Assembly (NCBI GenBank): GCA_963717505.1
Contig: OY970342.1
Span: 2,624,001-2,688,000 of the forward strand
DNA length: 64,000 nucleotides
Direction: 5' to 3'
DNA from: Candidatus Eiseniibacteriota bacterium
Lineage (GTDB): Bacteria > Eisenbacteria > RBG-16-71-46
Made by a program: the position numbers and the translations under genes. Shown here piece by piece: positions 1 to 9,788 of the stretch. The notes under the pieces were generated by a model. It saw only the letters and a list, made by a program, of their open reading frames with translations, was not told where the DNA came from and did not search any database. Position 1 is the first letter of the stretch, and the number at the start of each line of letters is the position of its first letter.

Positions 1-1359
1 TGGTCGGGGAACGTCGGGGCCGGGGAGGACAACCCTTATTTCGCGACCCACGGGGACTATCCGATCTACTCGCGCCGAGACGCGCGGACGTGGGGGCTGA
101 GGTCCGATCTGGCGACTCGACGGTGGAAACTGCACTCGATCAAGACGGGCATCGAGGCGCGCTACAACCGCATCCAGAACCTGTCGCTGTCGTCACCGAA
201 CACGGAGACCAACGGTCTTCCGGGGACCACCCGCTCGGACTACACGAACTTCAATCCCGAGGGCTCGGCCTACGTCCAGGATCGCTGGGAGTACGAGGGG
301 CTGGTCCTGAACGCCGGCATCCGCTACGACTTCTTCACTCCCGGCGACCAGATCTCCGACGCGGATCTGCCGAGCGGGCGTCGCTACAAACAGCAGTTCA
401 GCCCGCGACTGGGCGTCGCGCATCCGATCTCGGACAAGGACGCGCTCAGCTTCCACTACGGCTGGACCTATCAGGTTCCGGCCCGCCGCTACGTCTTCGA
501 GAATCGTGACGCCGGCGCGAACGTCCCGGCGCGCGGCAACCCCGACCTCGAACCCGAGACCAACGTCGCGTACCAGGCCAGCATCCAGCACCTGTTCTCC
601 CGTGACGTGTCGGGGCAGTTCTCCGTGTTCTTTCGAGACATCTTCGGCCTGGTGACGGCGCGCGCGGCCATCGATGCGTACGGCAACCCGGTCGCCGTCT
701 ACAGCAACGGCGACTACGCCAGCTCGCGGGGATTCGAAGCCAGCATCGCGAAGGCGTTCAGCCACAAGTTCTCGGCCAGCGTCAATTACACCTTTGCACT
801 CGCCAGCGGGGTGGCCTCGGATCCGATTCAGGCGCTCCAATTCATCAACGGCAATCAACTCTACCTGCCGATCTCGGAGCAATCGCTCGAGTGGGACCAG
901 CGCCACACGCTCAGCTTCTCGGCCACGGTGCGTGATCCGGCGTGGGGCTTTCGGGTCCTATGGGAATACGGTTCCGGCCTGCCGTTCACCCCGGCGTTCC
1001 TGAACGACCGGCGCCCCGACCCGAGACTGACCAACGCGGAACGCCTGCCTTCCAGCTCCAATCTGACGATCAACGCCGACAAGTTCTTTCGGATGTGGGG
1101 TCAGAGCGTCCGTCTGTTCGTGGACGCGCGCAACATCCTGGACGCGCGCAACATCGCCGCCCTCGAGCAGGGAACGTTCCCCAACCCCTACGTGAGCGGC
1201 GGCGACTACGCGATCTACTACTCGCAGACCGGGCGGGCGGGCGGTGCCTATCAGCAGGACACGAATGGCGACCATGTGCTCGACTGGGTTCCGCTCAACG
1301 ATCCACGCGTCTTCGAGGAGGGCAGGACGGTGCGATTGGGGGCCGCAATGACGTTCTGA
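1..1359 (+). CDS. TonB-dependent outer-membrane receptor, C-terminal part (5' truncated by window)
   Basis: Frame +1 is open from base 1 to TGA at 1357-1359. It contains the TBDR beta-barrel motifs YVQDRWEYEGLVLNAGIRYD, FSPRLG and NPDLEPE, and ends in a terminal Phe (GAAMTF). Confidence 0.85.
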   Translation, partial: WSGNVGAGEDNPYFATHGDYPIYSRRDARTWGLRSDLATRRWKLHSIKTGIEARYNRIQNLSLSSPNTETNGLPGTTRSDYTNFNPEGSAYVQDRWEYEGLVLNAGIRYDFFTPGDQISDADLPSGRRYKQQFSPRLGVAHPISDKDALSFHYGWTYQVPARRYVFENRDAGANVPARGNPDLEPETNVAYQASIQHLFSRDVSGQFSVFFRDIFGLVTARAAIDAYGNPVAVYSNGDYASSRGFEASIAKAFSHKFSASVNYTFALASGVASDPIQALQFINGNQLYLPISEQSLEWDQRHTLSFSATVRDPAWGFRVLWEYGSGLPFTPAFLNDRRPDPRLTNAERLPSSSNLTINADKFFRMWGQSVRLFVDARNILDARNIAALEQGTFPNPYVSGGDYAIYYSQTGRAGGAYQQDTNGDHVLDWVPLNDPRVFEEGRTVRLGAAMTF

Positions 1360-1424
1360 CCCGTTGGATGAACCGGGCCCGCATGCAGTAGCTTCCACCG
1401 ATCCGCGATTCACAGGGAGGGCGC

Positions 1425-2534
1425 ATGCCCGGAGTCGGGCTCAAGGACGTGAGCAAGGTCTACGCGCGCGGCCAGCGCGCGGTGGACAACATTCGCCTCG
1501 AGATCGCCGACGGCGAGTTCCTGGTGCTGGTCGGGCCCTCCGGCTGTGGCAAGTCCACCGTGCTCCGCATGATCGCCGGACTCGAAGAGGTCTCGCAGGG
1601 CGAGATCCGGATCGGCGAGCGGGTGGTGAACCAAGTGCCGCCCCGCGACCGGGACATCGCGATGGTATTCCAGAACTACGCGCTCTACCCGCACATGAGC
1701 GTGTTCGACAACATGGCGTTCGGCCTCCGTCGCCGGAAGACCCCGGCGCCCGAGGTCGACCGCCGCGTTCGAGAAACCGCGGCGATGCTCGGCCTCGATG
1801 TCTACCTGACGCGGCTGCCGCGCGAGTTGTCGGGCGGCGAGCGCCAGCGGGTCGCACTCGGGCGCGCGATGGTCCGCGATCCCAAGGTGTTTCTGTTCGA
1901 CGAGCCGCTGTCGAACCTGGACGCCAAGCTGCGCGTCCAGATGCGGGCCGAGATCAAGCGCCTCCACCAGCGGGTGCGGGCGACCATGATCTACGTCACC
2001 CACGATCAGGTCGAGGCGATGACGCTCGGCGACCGGATTGCGGTCATGCGCAAGGGGCTGCTGCAGCAGGTCGCCGATCCATTCACGCTCTACGACCGTC
2101 CCGCGAACCAGTTCGTGGCCGGCTTCATCGGCAGCCCGCCGATCAACTTTTTCGCCGCGCAGGTGAGCCCGGCCGGCGCGCCGCTCTCGCTACAGGCGGG
2201 GGAGGTGCGTTTCGACCTGCCGCAGGCGCTGGCCGAGCGACTCGAGTCGGTGCGCGGTACTGCGGTCACGGTTGGGGTTCGTCCCGAGGACCTCTCGCTG
2301 GTGGCGGCCCCGGGCTCGGGATCGCTCGAGGCGCGCGTGGAAGTCCGCGAGCCGCTGGGGAACGAAGTCCTGGTTCACTGGACCTCGGCGGTGGGCGAAC
2401 TGCTGTCGCGCGTGCCGGGTCACGGAGCGCCGGCGGTGGGCGAGCGCGCGCGTCTGCACGTGGCGCCCGATCGCCTGCACTTCTTCGATCCCAGGAGCGA
2501 ACTCGCGCTCGACCCGGTGGCCGCGGCCGTTTAG
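1425..2534 (+). CDS. MalK/UgpC-family sugar ABC transporter ATP-binding protein
   Basis: Walker A GPSGCGKS, VFQNYALYPHM, LSGGERQR, FLFDEPLSNLD, YVTHDQ and a C-terminal TOBE region. RBS GGAGG. Confidence 0.95.
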   Translation: MPGVGLKDVSKVYARGQRAVDNIRLEIADGEFLVLVGPSGCGKSTVLRMIAGLEEVSQGEIRIGERVVNQVPPRDRDIAMVFQNYALYPHMSVFDNMAFGLRRRKTPAPEVDRRVRETAAMLGLDVYLTRLPRELSGGERQRVALGRAMVRDPKVFLFDEPLSNLDAKLRVQMRAEIKRLHQRVRATMIYVTHDQVEAMTLGDRIAVMRKGLLQQVADPFTLYDRPANQFVAGFIGSPPINFFAAQVSPAGAPLSLQAGEVRFDLPQALAERLESVRGTAVTVGVRPEDLSLVAAPGSGSLEARVEVREPLGNEVLVHWTSAVGELLSRVPGHGAPAVGERARLHVAPDRLHFFDPRSELALDPVAAAV

Positions 2535-2550
2535 GTCCGCTGGGGGCGGA

Positions 2551-3672
2551 TCAATCGCCCTTGCGCAGCTCCCAGGCCACGAGCGGATCGAACCACACCG
2601 AGAAACCGTGGTGGTGGCGATGGTCGAGGCCGCCCGCCTGCGGTGCCCACGCCGACTCGTAGCGCAGCCCGCCCACGCGACCCACCGGAATCCCGAGACC
2701 GAAGCCCCACGTGGCATCCTCGATTCCGCCATCGGAATCGCGACGGTGCCCGATACGAACCGCGAGCACGTTCGCCACGGCCAGTTCGAGACCCTGCCCC
2801 GACACTTCATGGGTCGACCCCGGCAGGCTGCCACTCATCTCGGACCAGTCGGCGGTCGCGCCCACCGAAATCAGCGGGAAGAGTCCGGCGAACAGCCAAC
2901 CCTCGGGTGCTTCCTCGAGCAACGTCAGCCACTCCGGATGGATCGCCAGTCGCGCCGAGATGCCGTGGCGGATGTGGCGAGTGACGCGCGATCCGTAGAC
3001 CTCGGCGTCGTCGTTGCCGCTCAACACCGAGTAGCCGTACGCCGTGTCGAGTCGATAGCCTGCGCCGGTCTCGGGATCCTCGGGCAGGATGGGCGTGACG
3101 CGCACCAGCGCGCCCCAATCCTCGGCCGAAGTGCGCTCGATGGACCCGGGTGCCTGCGAAACTTCCACCTCCTTGAAGTTCATCCCGAAGCCGACGTCCA
3201 CGCGTTGTCCCAGAGTCGGGGACACGATCCCGAGGCCGCCGGTCGCGGCGGCCAACAGTCTGGCGGCGCTGACGCCAAAGCCCCACGATTCGATTTCCTC
3301 GAACCCCGTCGGTCCGAGAACGTCGCCGTAGATCACCTCGACCCCGCTCGGGAACGGCGTCCCGGACATCACCACCCCGACTCCATGCAGGCCGACCTTG
3401 GCGACCTGGCTCTGGAAGACCGTATTGGGCGTCGAAGCGGGAATCAGTTGTGCGCGCCCGTATTCGTAGCGAATGCCGCGGACGAATCCGGTCAGCGCCG
3501 GATTGCCCCAGTGGTTCATCTCGTCGCCCCAGAACAGCGCGTTCGACGCGCCGCCCATCCCGATCGAGCGCACCGAGACGTCGAAGTCCATCGATACTGC
3601 CGTGCCCTGAGCCTCGGCCCGTGGAGCCAGGACAAGCAGGAGCACGAGCGGGAATCCGCGGAGCCAGGACAT
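2551..3672 (-). CDS. PorV/FadL-like outer-membrane beta-barrel protein
   Basis: ATG at 3672 with GGAGGAAG RBS. Signal peptide (…PRAEA-Q), then VRSIGMGGA…HWGNPAL, resembling the PorV/FadL N-terminal motif. Amphipathic strands follow. Confidence 0.6.
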   Translation of the reverse strand: MSWLRGFPLVLLLVLAPRAEAQGTAVSMDFDVSVRSIGMGGASNALFWGDEMNHWGNPALTGFVRGIRYEYGRAQLIPASTPNTVFQSQVAKVGLHGVGVVMSGTPFPSGVEVIYGDVLGPTGFEEIESWGFGVSAARLLAAATGGLGIVSPTLGQRVDVGFGMNFKEVEVSQAPGSIERTSAEDWGALVRVTPILPEDPETGAGYRLDTAYGYSVLSGNDDAEVYGSRVTRHIRHGISARLAIHPEWLTLLEEAPEGWLFAGLFPLISVGATADWSEMSGSLPGSTHEVSGQGLELAVANVLAVRIGHRRDSDGGIEDATWGFGLGIPVGRVGGLRYESAWAPQAGGLDHRHHHGFSVWFDPLVAWELRKGD

Positions 3673-4048
3673 GCTTCCTCCCTGAAAACGAGCGAGCCGG
3701 AAAGATGGATGCTGGAAACCGCATACGCTTCCGCACTCGGCCGGGCGAGTGGGCATCCTGCCCCCGGGGCTCGGTTCTGCGCAACAACTGCCGAGGGGCC
3801 CGTTGCGGCCCCGCAGAGCCCACACCGGCGGGCGGCGGTTTGTCGAAGGATGCTCTTGCGGAGGGGGAAAGATTCGGCGGAGGGGAAGACACGAGACGCC
3901 CGAAGCCGGCACGTTTTCGAGCCCGGAGAGACTCGAACCGTGCCGGCTTCAATGAAGTGGGCGATCGGGTGCGGCCCCATGGTAAGAACGGGGAGAATCG
4001 CCAAACCGGTCGCGTCCAATGTGGGACGTAGCCGGATCGGAGTGGACC

Positions 4049-5869
4049 CTAGTTCTCCCGATTCAAGAGCACCATCTGCCACACCCAAACGTCTCCGGTA
4101 GCTCCGGCCGGTAGCTTGCCAAGCACATCCGCCAGTCGTCCGGGGGGTGACGATTCAGTGCTCAGGGCTTCCATCATGCCGCCGATCCCGCGCAGGGACG
4201 CCATGGCCTCGGGGCTCACCGAGTGGTAGCTGATGGGGGCGTCGACCTGTGTCTTGGGGAACGACTCGATTTCGTCCTCGAGTTCGACCAGCGGTTTACG
4301 CGAGGCCAGCACGATCACGGTCTCGGAGCCACCCACACTGGTCACCTGCCAGTTCACAGCCCGGTCCCGGTAGTGGCCGGGCAGGCGGTGAACCACCCCC
4401 GGAGGGAGCGGGTTCACCGGGGTGAGGTCAGGGGCGGGGTAGAGCACGAACACTTGGCCCTGCTGGTCTTCGCTGAGGATGTAGGCATGTATGCGCTCGG
4501 GGCACTGGAGCTCGAGGTAGAGGCCGTCGCCGGGAGCGACGGGATCGCTCTGGCCCAATAGGGTCGCCGTCCCCGCGCGCACACGGTGCAACGTGGCCGT
4601 GGCCACGATGGGTGCCGTCGGCGAACCGGCGGGAACACGTTCGGAGTCTTCGATCCGCCGGCTCGCATCCTCCGCGTCGCGCGCGGTACCGGGAGCAACG
4701 GGTTGGCTCGGGCTCACAGACATCCCGCCATCGCTGAGGGTCGTCGGATGCCATGGGTTCATGCGAACCCCGACGACCGCCAGAGCGATGAGCACAATGG
4801 CGGTCAACGCCAGTAGCAGCGCGTTGGGGCGTGACGACGGGGGGCTGATCGCCTGGACCAGGGCCCGCTCGAGGGCTCCCGCACTCGAGTTGCGGCGATC
4901 CGGGTCTGGATCCATGGCCTGCTCGATCACGCGGACCAGCCCCGTTGGCAGCTCCGGGCGCGCGTCGCGGAGTAGGACCTCCGGGCCGCGTTCAACCTTG
5001 CTCAAGAGGTCGGCCGCCGGGGTGGTCGTATGCGGGTATCGCCCCGTAAGCAACCGATAGAGCAAGACGCCGAGGCTATACAGGTCCGATCGGGTATCGC
5101 CGCGATCGCCGCGCAAGCGCTCCGGCGGCATGGCCGCCAAGGTTCCAAATGCCGCGAGTGGCTCGGGACCCTGCGCCTCGCTGCTGGCGCCAAAATCCAT
5201 CAGGACGATACGGCCGCCGTTCTCACGCATCACGTTGTTGGTCGTCACGTCGCCGTGGACGATGCCCGCGGCATGCAGGGCGGCCAGCGCGCGGCACAGA
5301 TCGACGCCGATGCCTGCCGCTTCATTGGCGCTCAGGGGGCCGCGTTCCCCGAGCATCTGCTCCAGAGTCTGCCCGGCAATTCGATCGCTCCAGATACCGA
5401 TTCGGCCCTCGAAACGCCCCACGCCATGAACGATCACAACATTGGGGTGCCGCACTCGCGCCAGCCGTTGGGCTTCGTCGAGGAAGCGATCCTCGGCGAA
5501 GAGGGGCAGACGGCGGTCTCGCCGAAGCACTTTGAGGGCGACCTCGCGTTTGAGACCGGTGTCGAACGCTACGTACACGTCGGCGTAACTTCCCTGGCCG
5601 AGAACCCCGCGGATCTGCAGCGGCCCCCAGGCTCCGCTCGGGAATGCCGCGAGGATCTCCGGCGGGAGGGGCCCGATCTCGCCCCCGGCTGCCGGATTCG
5701 GCCCAACCTCCTGAACGCGATAGGCAGCGGCGATCTGCTCCACGACCCGCAGCTCTTCCACCACTTCCGCGGGTTCTGTCCGCGCCCGCTCGGACTGCCA
5801 ATCCACGGGCGTGCCGTCGGCCACCGCCCCACACAGCTCATCGAGGTGATCCTCATTGCGCTCGTTCAC
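4049..5869 (-). CDS. Transmembrane Hanks-type Ser/Thr protein kinase with C-terminal DUF4384-like domain
   Basis: GQGSYADVY, VALK, HPNVV, HGDVTTNN, DFG, SDLYSLG. One TM helix (ALLLALTAIVLIALAVVGV). C-terminal GDGLYLE…YILSEDQQGQVFVLYP…ETVIVLASRKPL resembles DUF4384. Overlaps the end of the sigma gene. Confidence 0.88.
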   Translation of the reverse strand: MNERNEDHLDELCGAVADGTPVDWQSERARTEPAEVVEELRVVEQIAAAYRVQEVGPNPAAGGEIGPLPPEILAAFPSGAWGPLQIRGVLGQGSYADVYVAFDTGLKREVALKVLRRDRRLPLFAEDRFLDEAQRLARVRHPNVVIVHGVGRFEGRIGIWSDRIAGQTLEQMLGERGPLSANEAAGIGVDLCRALAALHAAGIVHGDVTTNNVMRENGGRIVLMDFGASSEAQGPEPLAAFGTLAAMPPERLRGDRGDTRSDLYSLGVLLYRLLTGRYPHTTTPAADLLSKVERGPEVLLRDARPELPTGLVRVIEQAMDPDPDRRNSSAGALERALVQAISPPSSRPNALLLALTAIVLIALAVVGVRMNPWHPTTLSDGGMSVSPSQPVAPGTARDAEDASRRIEDSERVPAGSPTAPIVATATLHRVRAGTATLLGQSDPVAPGDGLYLELQCPERIHAYILSEDQQGQVFVLYPAPDLTPVNPLPPGVVHRLPGHYRDRAVNWQVTSVGGSETVIVLASRKPLVELEDEIESFPKTQVDAPISYHSVSPEAMASLRGIGGMMEALSTESSPPGRLADVLGKLPAGATGDVWVWQMVLLNREN

Positions 5870-6446
5870 GCTTCATCTCCTCGGCGAGTTTCTTGAGGGA
5901 TCGCTTGATGAGCTGGCGCGCCGCCTCGGGTGAGATCATGTTCGTGGCGCGGGCGATGTCGTCATAGGTGAGGCCGTACTCGATGCGCAAGACGATTGCT
6001 TCTTGGGCATGTCGGGGCAGACCCGCCAGGGCGCTTTCGTAGCGCTCCAGTGCCTCATGACCGATCGCATCCTCCAGCGGCGAGGGTTGCGGATCGGAGA
6101 GATTGTCATTCAACGCCTCCTGCGCCGGGCGGCGCGAGTGCTTGCGGGCTTGGTCTCGAACCTCGTTGAGCAAGATCTGGCGCAGGTACGCGAGAAAGGA
6201 ACCATCGCCTCGGTAATCAAAGGTCGCTATGTGCTCAAACGCCTTCTTGAGGGTGACCTGGACGAGATCATCGGTGTCGCCGATGCCTCGGGCACATCTG
6301 GGCAGTCGGCCATGAGCCAGACGCCGCAAGATCGGAAGGAATCGGGCGAAAAGGCGGTCGCGGGCGCGCGGGTCGCCTGAGCGAAACAGTGTCAAGAGAT
6401 CGGCGGTGGATTCATCCGGGAGCGGCTCGCCCCGTAACTCGGCCAT
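5853..6446 (-). CDS. ECF-type RNA polymerase sigma-70 factor
   Basis: Region 2 (GDPRARDRLF…DTDDLVQ…FLAYLRQILLNEVRD) and region 4 (LAGLP…AIVLRIEYGLTYDDIA). ATG at 6446 has a GAGGA RBS; upstream starts are possible. Confidence 0.92.
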   Translation of the reverse strand: MAELRGEPLPDESTADLLTLFRSGDPRARDRLFARFLPILRRLAHGRLPRCARGIGDTDDLVQVTLKKAFEHIATFDYRGDGSFLAYLRQILLNEVRDQARKHSRRPAQEALNDNLSDPQPSPLEDAIGHEALERYESALAGLPRHAQEAIVLRIEYGLTYDDIARATNMISPEAARQLIKRSLKKLAEEMKRERAQ

Positions 6447-6534
6447 GGGGTCCTCGTTTGCCAGACTCGACGTGTTGCTAGCGGACATTCCCAAACAGAT
6501 CGTCGTTCCGGCGAGTGTTACGATTCAGAGCAAC

Positions 6535-9500
6535 TCACTCCCATCTTCCGGCACCGACGAATGCAGCCCAGTAGAACGGGTGAGTGCTTTCGCCCTGCCG
6601 GCGATGCTCTTTGAGCAAGCTCCGGCTCGCCTGCTGTATGGCGGCGGCCGTTCCCTTGTGCTGCTCAATTCTGGCCTCGTAGAGCGACTTCATCCATGCT
6701 CTCGTCGCCTCGTCTTCCACCGACCACAAGCTCATGATCACGGTTTTCGCTCCGGCCACCCGGAACGCACGGCGAAGGCCGAACACGCCCTCGCCGGCCC
6801 TGACGACCCCCACCCCGGTTTCGCAAGCCGACAGCACCGCCCACTCCGTTCCGGACAGGTCGAGCGTCGCGATCTCCTCGGCAGTGAGGATCCCGTCTTC
6901 ATTGTGATCTTCTGTCCGGCCATGCTGATTCGCCCCGGCGAGCACAAGGCCAGAGAGCTGCAGCGGATTCTCGCCCATCTGCGCCGATGGCTTAGGCTCG
7001 GTCGAGTCGCCTCCCGATACAAGCCCTCCAATTCCCCGAGGTGTGCGATCGAACGCAGACGGGCACTCGGAGCCCAGGAAGAAGCCGTGAGTTGCCAAGT
7101 GTAGAACACGTTGGTGGGGTGCACCGGACTTGAACGCCGGCTCGCTCGCTTGAGCGCCCACAAGTTCACGGCCGCTGCCACCGCTCTTCCTCCAAAGTCC
7201 CGCAACTTCTTGGACTTCACGGGCGGTCCCAGGAAGCCTTGGCCAGTGTGACTCGGTGAACGCCCTGCAACCCGAGCGACTTCCTCGATAGCTGGCCCCG
7301 CCAGCTGGATCATCACGAGACGTCTCGGCGACGGCTGTCGCCGGTACGGTCGTCTCAACCACATCGTAGTCGGGGTCGCCAACCACCAGGAGGCCGTTCT
7401 GGTTCAAGATGCTCGGGCCGCGAATCACATCGCGCTCGGCGCCCAAATAGTGGAGGACCGGGTCCTGTTCCAGCAGATAGCGGGTATCCGAGGTCGGTAG
7501 GGCGGCAAAGCCGACGAGGTTCAGGGCTCCGTCGGGAACCAACAACGCCAACTTCGCCGCGACGAACGGCGCGATCGGATCCCAGACCTTGCGCTTCAAG
7601 GACCCGGCCACCGAGCGATAGCGGGATTCGGCATGTGCCCGGGGATCAGGCGAGGGCGGTTTCCCAGCCTGGCTGCGCCATTCGGAGACCAGCGAGTCGA
7701 TGGTGGCTGCATCACCCAAGCGGACCAGAATCCCATGCCCGGTCCCGCCGCGAAGTACGAACGCCAGGTAGCGAGGCTCGGCCTCGGCATTGGGTAGGCG
7801 CGGCTGTTGATGAAGGTAGCGAGCATACGCGACGAGAACGCTGCCTTTGGGCAGCGCTGCTCGCACTTCGCTGAGCCCCGCGTGTTCTACGGCCCGCGCC
7901 TCGCGAAAAGATGCGCTGCTGGCGGCCATGCGTTCTTCGGCCACTTCGCACTCGGCACTCGCACTACGCAGGGTCGCTCGATAGCGTTCGGGATTCTCGC
8001 CCCCGATGCCCCGCACCATCAGATTTGCGACCCGCTGGCGCGAGGAAGCCCAAGTGGCTGCCAACGACACCAAAGCAGTGTCGCCGGCCTCGACAACCAC
8101 ACGGTGACGAGCCGCCATCTCGTCCAGCACCGCCGCTCGAGAGCGGATTACGGCTTCCCAAGCACGATCGTTGGCCGACGGATCCGACGAACCAAACTCG
8201 GAAGCCAGCGTCAGGATGAGGTCCAATCCCGCATCCCGGGCGCAATAGTTGAGAGCCTGGCGCTCAGGCAAACTGCGGCTCGCCAGATGCAGGTGCTGGT
8301 TGATAATTCGATTTCCCTCGAGCGCCGTGTCGAACGCCGCTGCCGACTGCCCAAGGGCCGCGAGTGCGAATGCCAAGCTAATCAAACTCTTCCCGACGTC
8401 GGGATGGTCTAGCCCAAGAGCCTTCCTACGTATCGCGGCCGATCGTTCAAACAGCGTCTCGGCCGAATCCGCGCTCCCAGTTCTCCATTGCACCGTGCCG
8501 ACGTTGTCGAGGTAGGGCGGCAGCAGGGCGTGATCCGGGCCGAAGGCCGTTTCGGCGATGGCCAGGGCACGATCGTAGAGCGCTCGGACTGCAACAAAGT
8601 CTCCGGTCCTCTCCAGGAGATAGCCAAGGCTGGTGGCGCACTCGGCAACGTCCGGGTGATTGGCCCCCAGCACGCGATCGCGAATCGCCAGGGCGCGCTC
8701 CAGATCGGAACGGGCGCCTGAAAACTCGCCGAGAGAACCCAGCAAGTTACCGCGGTTGTTGAGCGAGGATGCCAGCTGTGGATGGTCCGAGCCGAGCGTC
8801 GCTTCCTCGATGACAATGGCGCGGTCGTAGAGAGGTCGGGCCTCCTCCAGATCACCCATCTCCTGAAGCTGCAACGCCAGGTTGTGAAGGCTCTCCGCCA
8901 CCAAAGGGTGATCCGGTCCCAGCTGTTTTTCGCGGATCGCCAGAGCGCGTCCGCTCAACCTACGGGCTTCAGCGACCTCCCCCATGGAACGGAGCACATT
9001 GGCCAGATTGTTGGACGATGCCCCTTCCCGCGGATGGTCTGGCCCGAGCGCCGTCCGGTGGATCTCGATCGCTCGTTCATAGAGAACCCTCGCTTCAGGG
9101 TATTCCGCCATGTCCTGATGGATCAGTGCCAGATTGTGAAGACTGACACCTACGTCTGCATGATTCGGACCGAGCGAACCTTCTCGGATGGTCAGTGCCC
9201 GCTGATGACACTCTCGGGCCTCGGCAAACTCACCGCGTGCGCGACGTATGTTCCCGAGCACCGACAAGCTCCTGGCGAGGTCTGGGTGGCTGGGTCCTTG
9301 AATCCGTTGCCTGAGAGCGACCCCCTGCTCGGCGGATTCAATCGCGGCTGGCTGGTTGGACTTGCCTTCGCGCATGAGCGCTTCAGCCCGCAGGTCGAGG
9401 AGCCCCGCACGCTGAAGCGAGTCGATTGTCGTTGGTGGCCCAGGTTCGAGGAGTGCGCGAGCTCGGCTCTCGGCGTCCGAGTATTTCCCCAGGTTCATCA

Positions 9501-9660
9501 GCTCGCGGATCTTGGCGATTTCGGTATCGCCATGATTCGTGACCGTTTGTTGCGCTCTTGCGGTGGTGTCAGACGAAACCGAGGCCCAAAGCGGAGGGAT
9601 GCTGGGAAACCCCGCCAAGAGCGCAGGGATCAGGGCGTATCGCGGCCAAACTCGGTTCAT
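6535..9660 (-). CDS. Exported TPR-repeat CHAT-domain (caspase-like, clan CD) protease 1
   Basis: Probable signal peptide, kinesin-light-chain-type TPRs (LGPDHP…SLHNLA), CHAT motifs LVPDGAL, HLATHGFF (catalytic His), VLSACETG (catalytic Cys), SLWSV and HPFYWAAF. Confidence 0.92.
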   Translation of the reverse strand: MNRVWPRYALIPALLAGFPSIPPLWASVSSDTTARAQQTVTNHGDTEIAKIRELMNLGKYSDAESRARALLEPGPPTTIDSLQRAGLLDLRAEALMREGKSNQPAAIESAEQGVALRQRIQGPSHPDLARSLSVLGNIRRARGEFAEARECHQRALTIREGSLGPNHADVGVSLHNLALIHQDMAEYPEARVLYERAIEIHRTALGPDHPREGASSNNLANVLRSMGEVAEARRLSGRALAIREKQLGPDHPLVAESLHNLALQLQEMGDLEEARPLYDRAIVIEEATLGSDHPQLASSLNNRGNLLGSLGEFSGARSDLERALAIRDRVLGANHPDVAECATSLGYLLERTGDFVAVRALYDRALAIAETAFGPDHALLPPYLDNVGTVQWRTGSADSAETLFERSAAIRRKALGLDHPDVGKSLISLAFALAALGQSAAAFDTALEGNRIINQHLHLASRSLPERQALNYCARDAGLDLILTLASEFGSSDPSANDRAWEAVIRSRAAVLDEMAARHRVVVEAGDTALVSLAATWASSRQRVANLMVRGIGGENPERYRATLRSASAECEVAEERMAASSASFREARAVEHAGLSEVRAALPKGSVLVAYARYLHQQPRLPNAEAEPRYLAFVLRGGTGHGILVRLGDAATIDSLVSEWRSQAGKPPSPDPRAHAESRYRSVAGSLKRKVWDPIAPFVAAKLALLVPDGALNLVGFAALPTSDTRYLLEQDPVLHYLGAERDVIRGPSILNQNGLLVVGDPDYDVVETTVPATAVAETSRDDPAGGASYRGSRSGCRAFTESHWPRLPGTAREVQEVAGLWRKSGGSGRELVGAQASEPAFKSGAPHQRVLHLATHGFFLGSECPSAFDRTPRGIGGLVSGGDSTEPKPSAQMGENPLQLSGLVLAGANQHGRTEDHNEDGILTAEEIATLDLSGTEWAVLSACETGVGVVRAGEGVFGLRRAFRVAGAKTVIMSLWSVEDEATRAWMKSLYEARIEQHKGTAAAIQQASRSLLKEHRRQGESTHPFYWAAFVGAGRWE

Positions 9661-9788
9661 ACGCTGATGAGCACTCGCGCGTCACTGAAGTCGTGGGGTG
9701 AGGACGCATTAGTCTAGCACTGGAAGGGCCGCGCTCAACCCTCGTGCTCCTTGGCCTCTCGCGAGGCCGAAACAACCCGGGGATTCGC

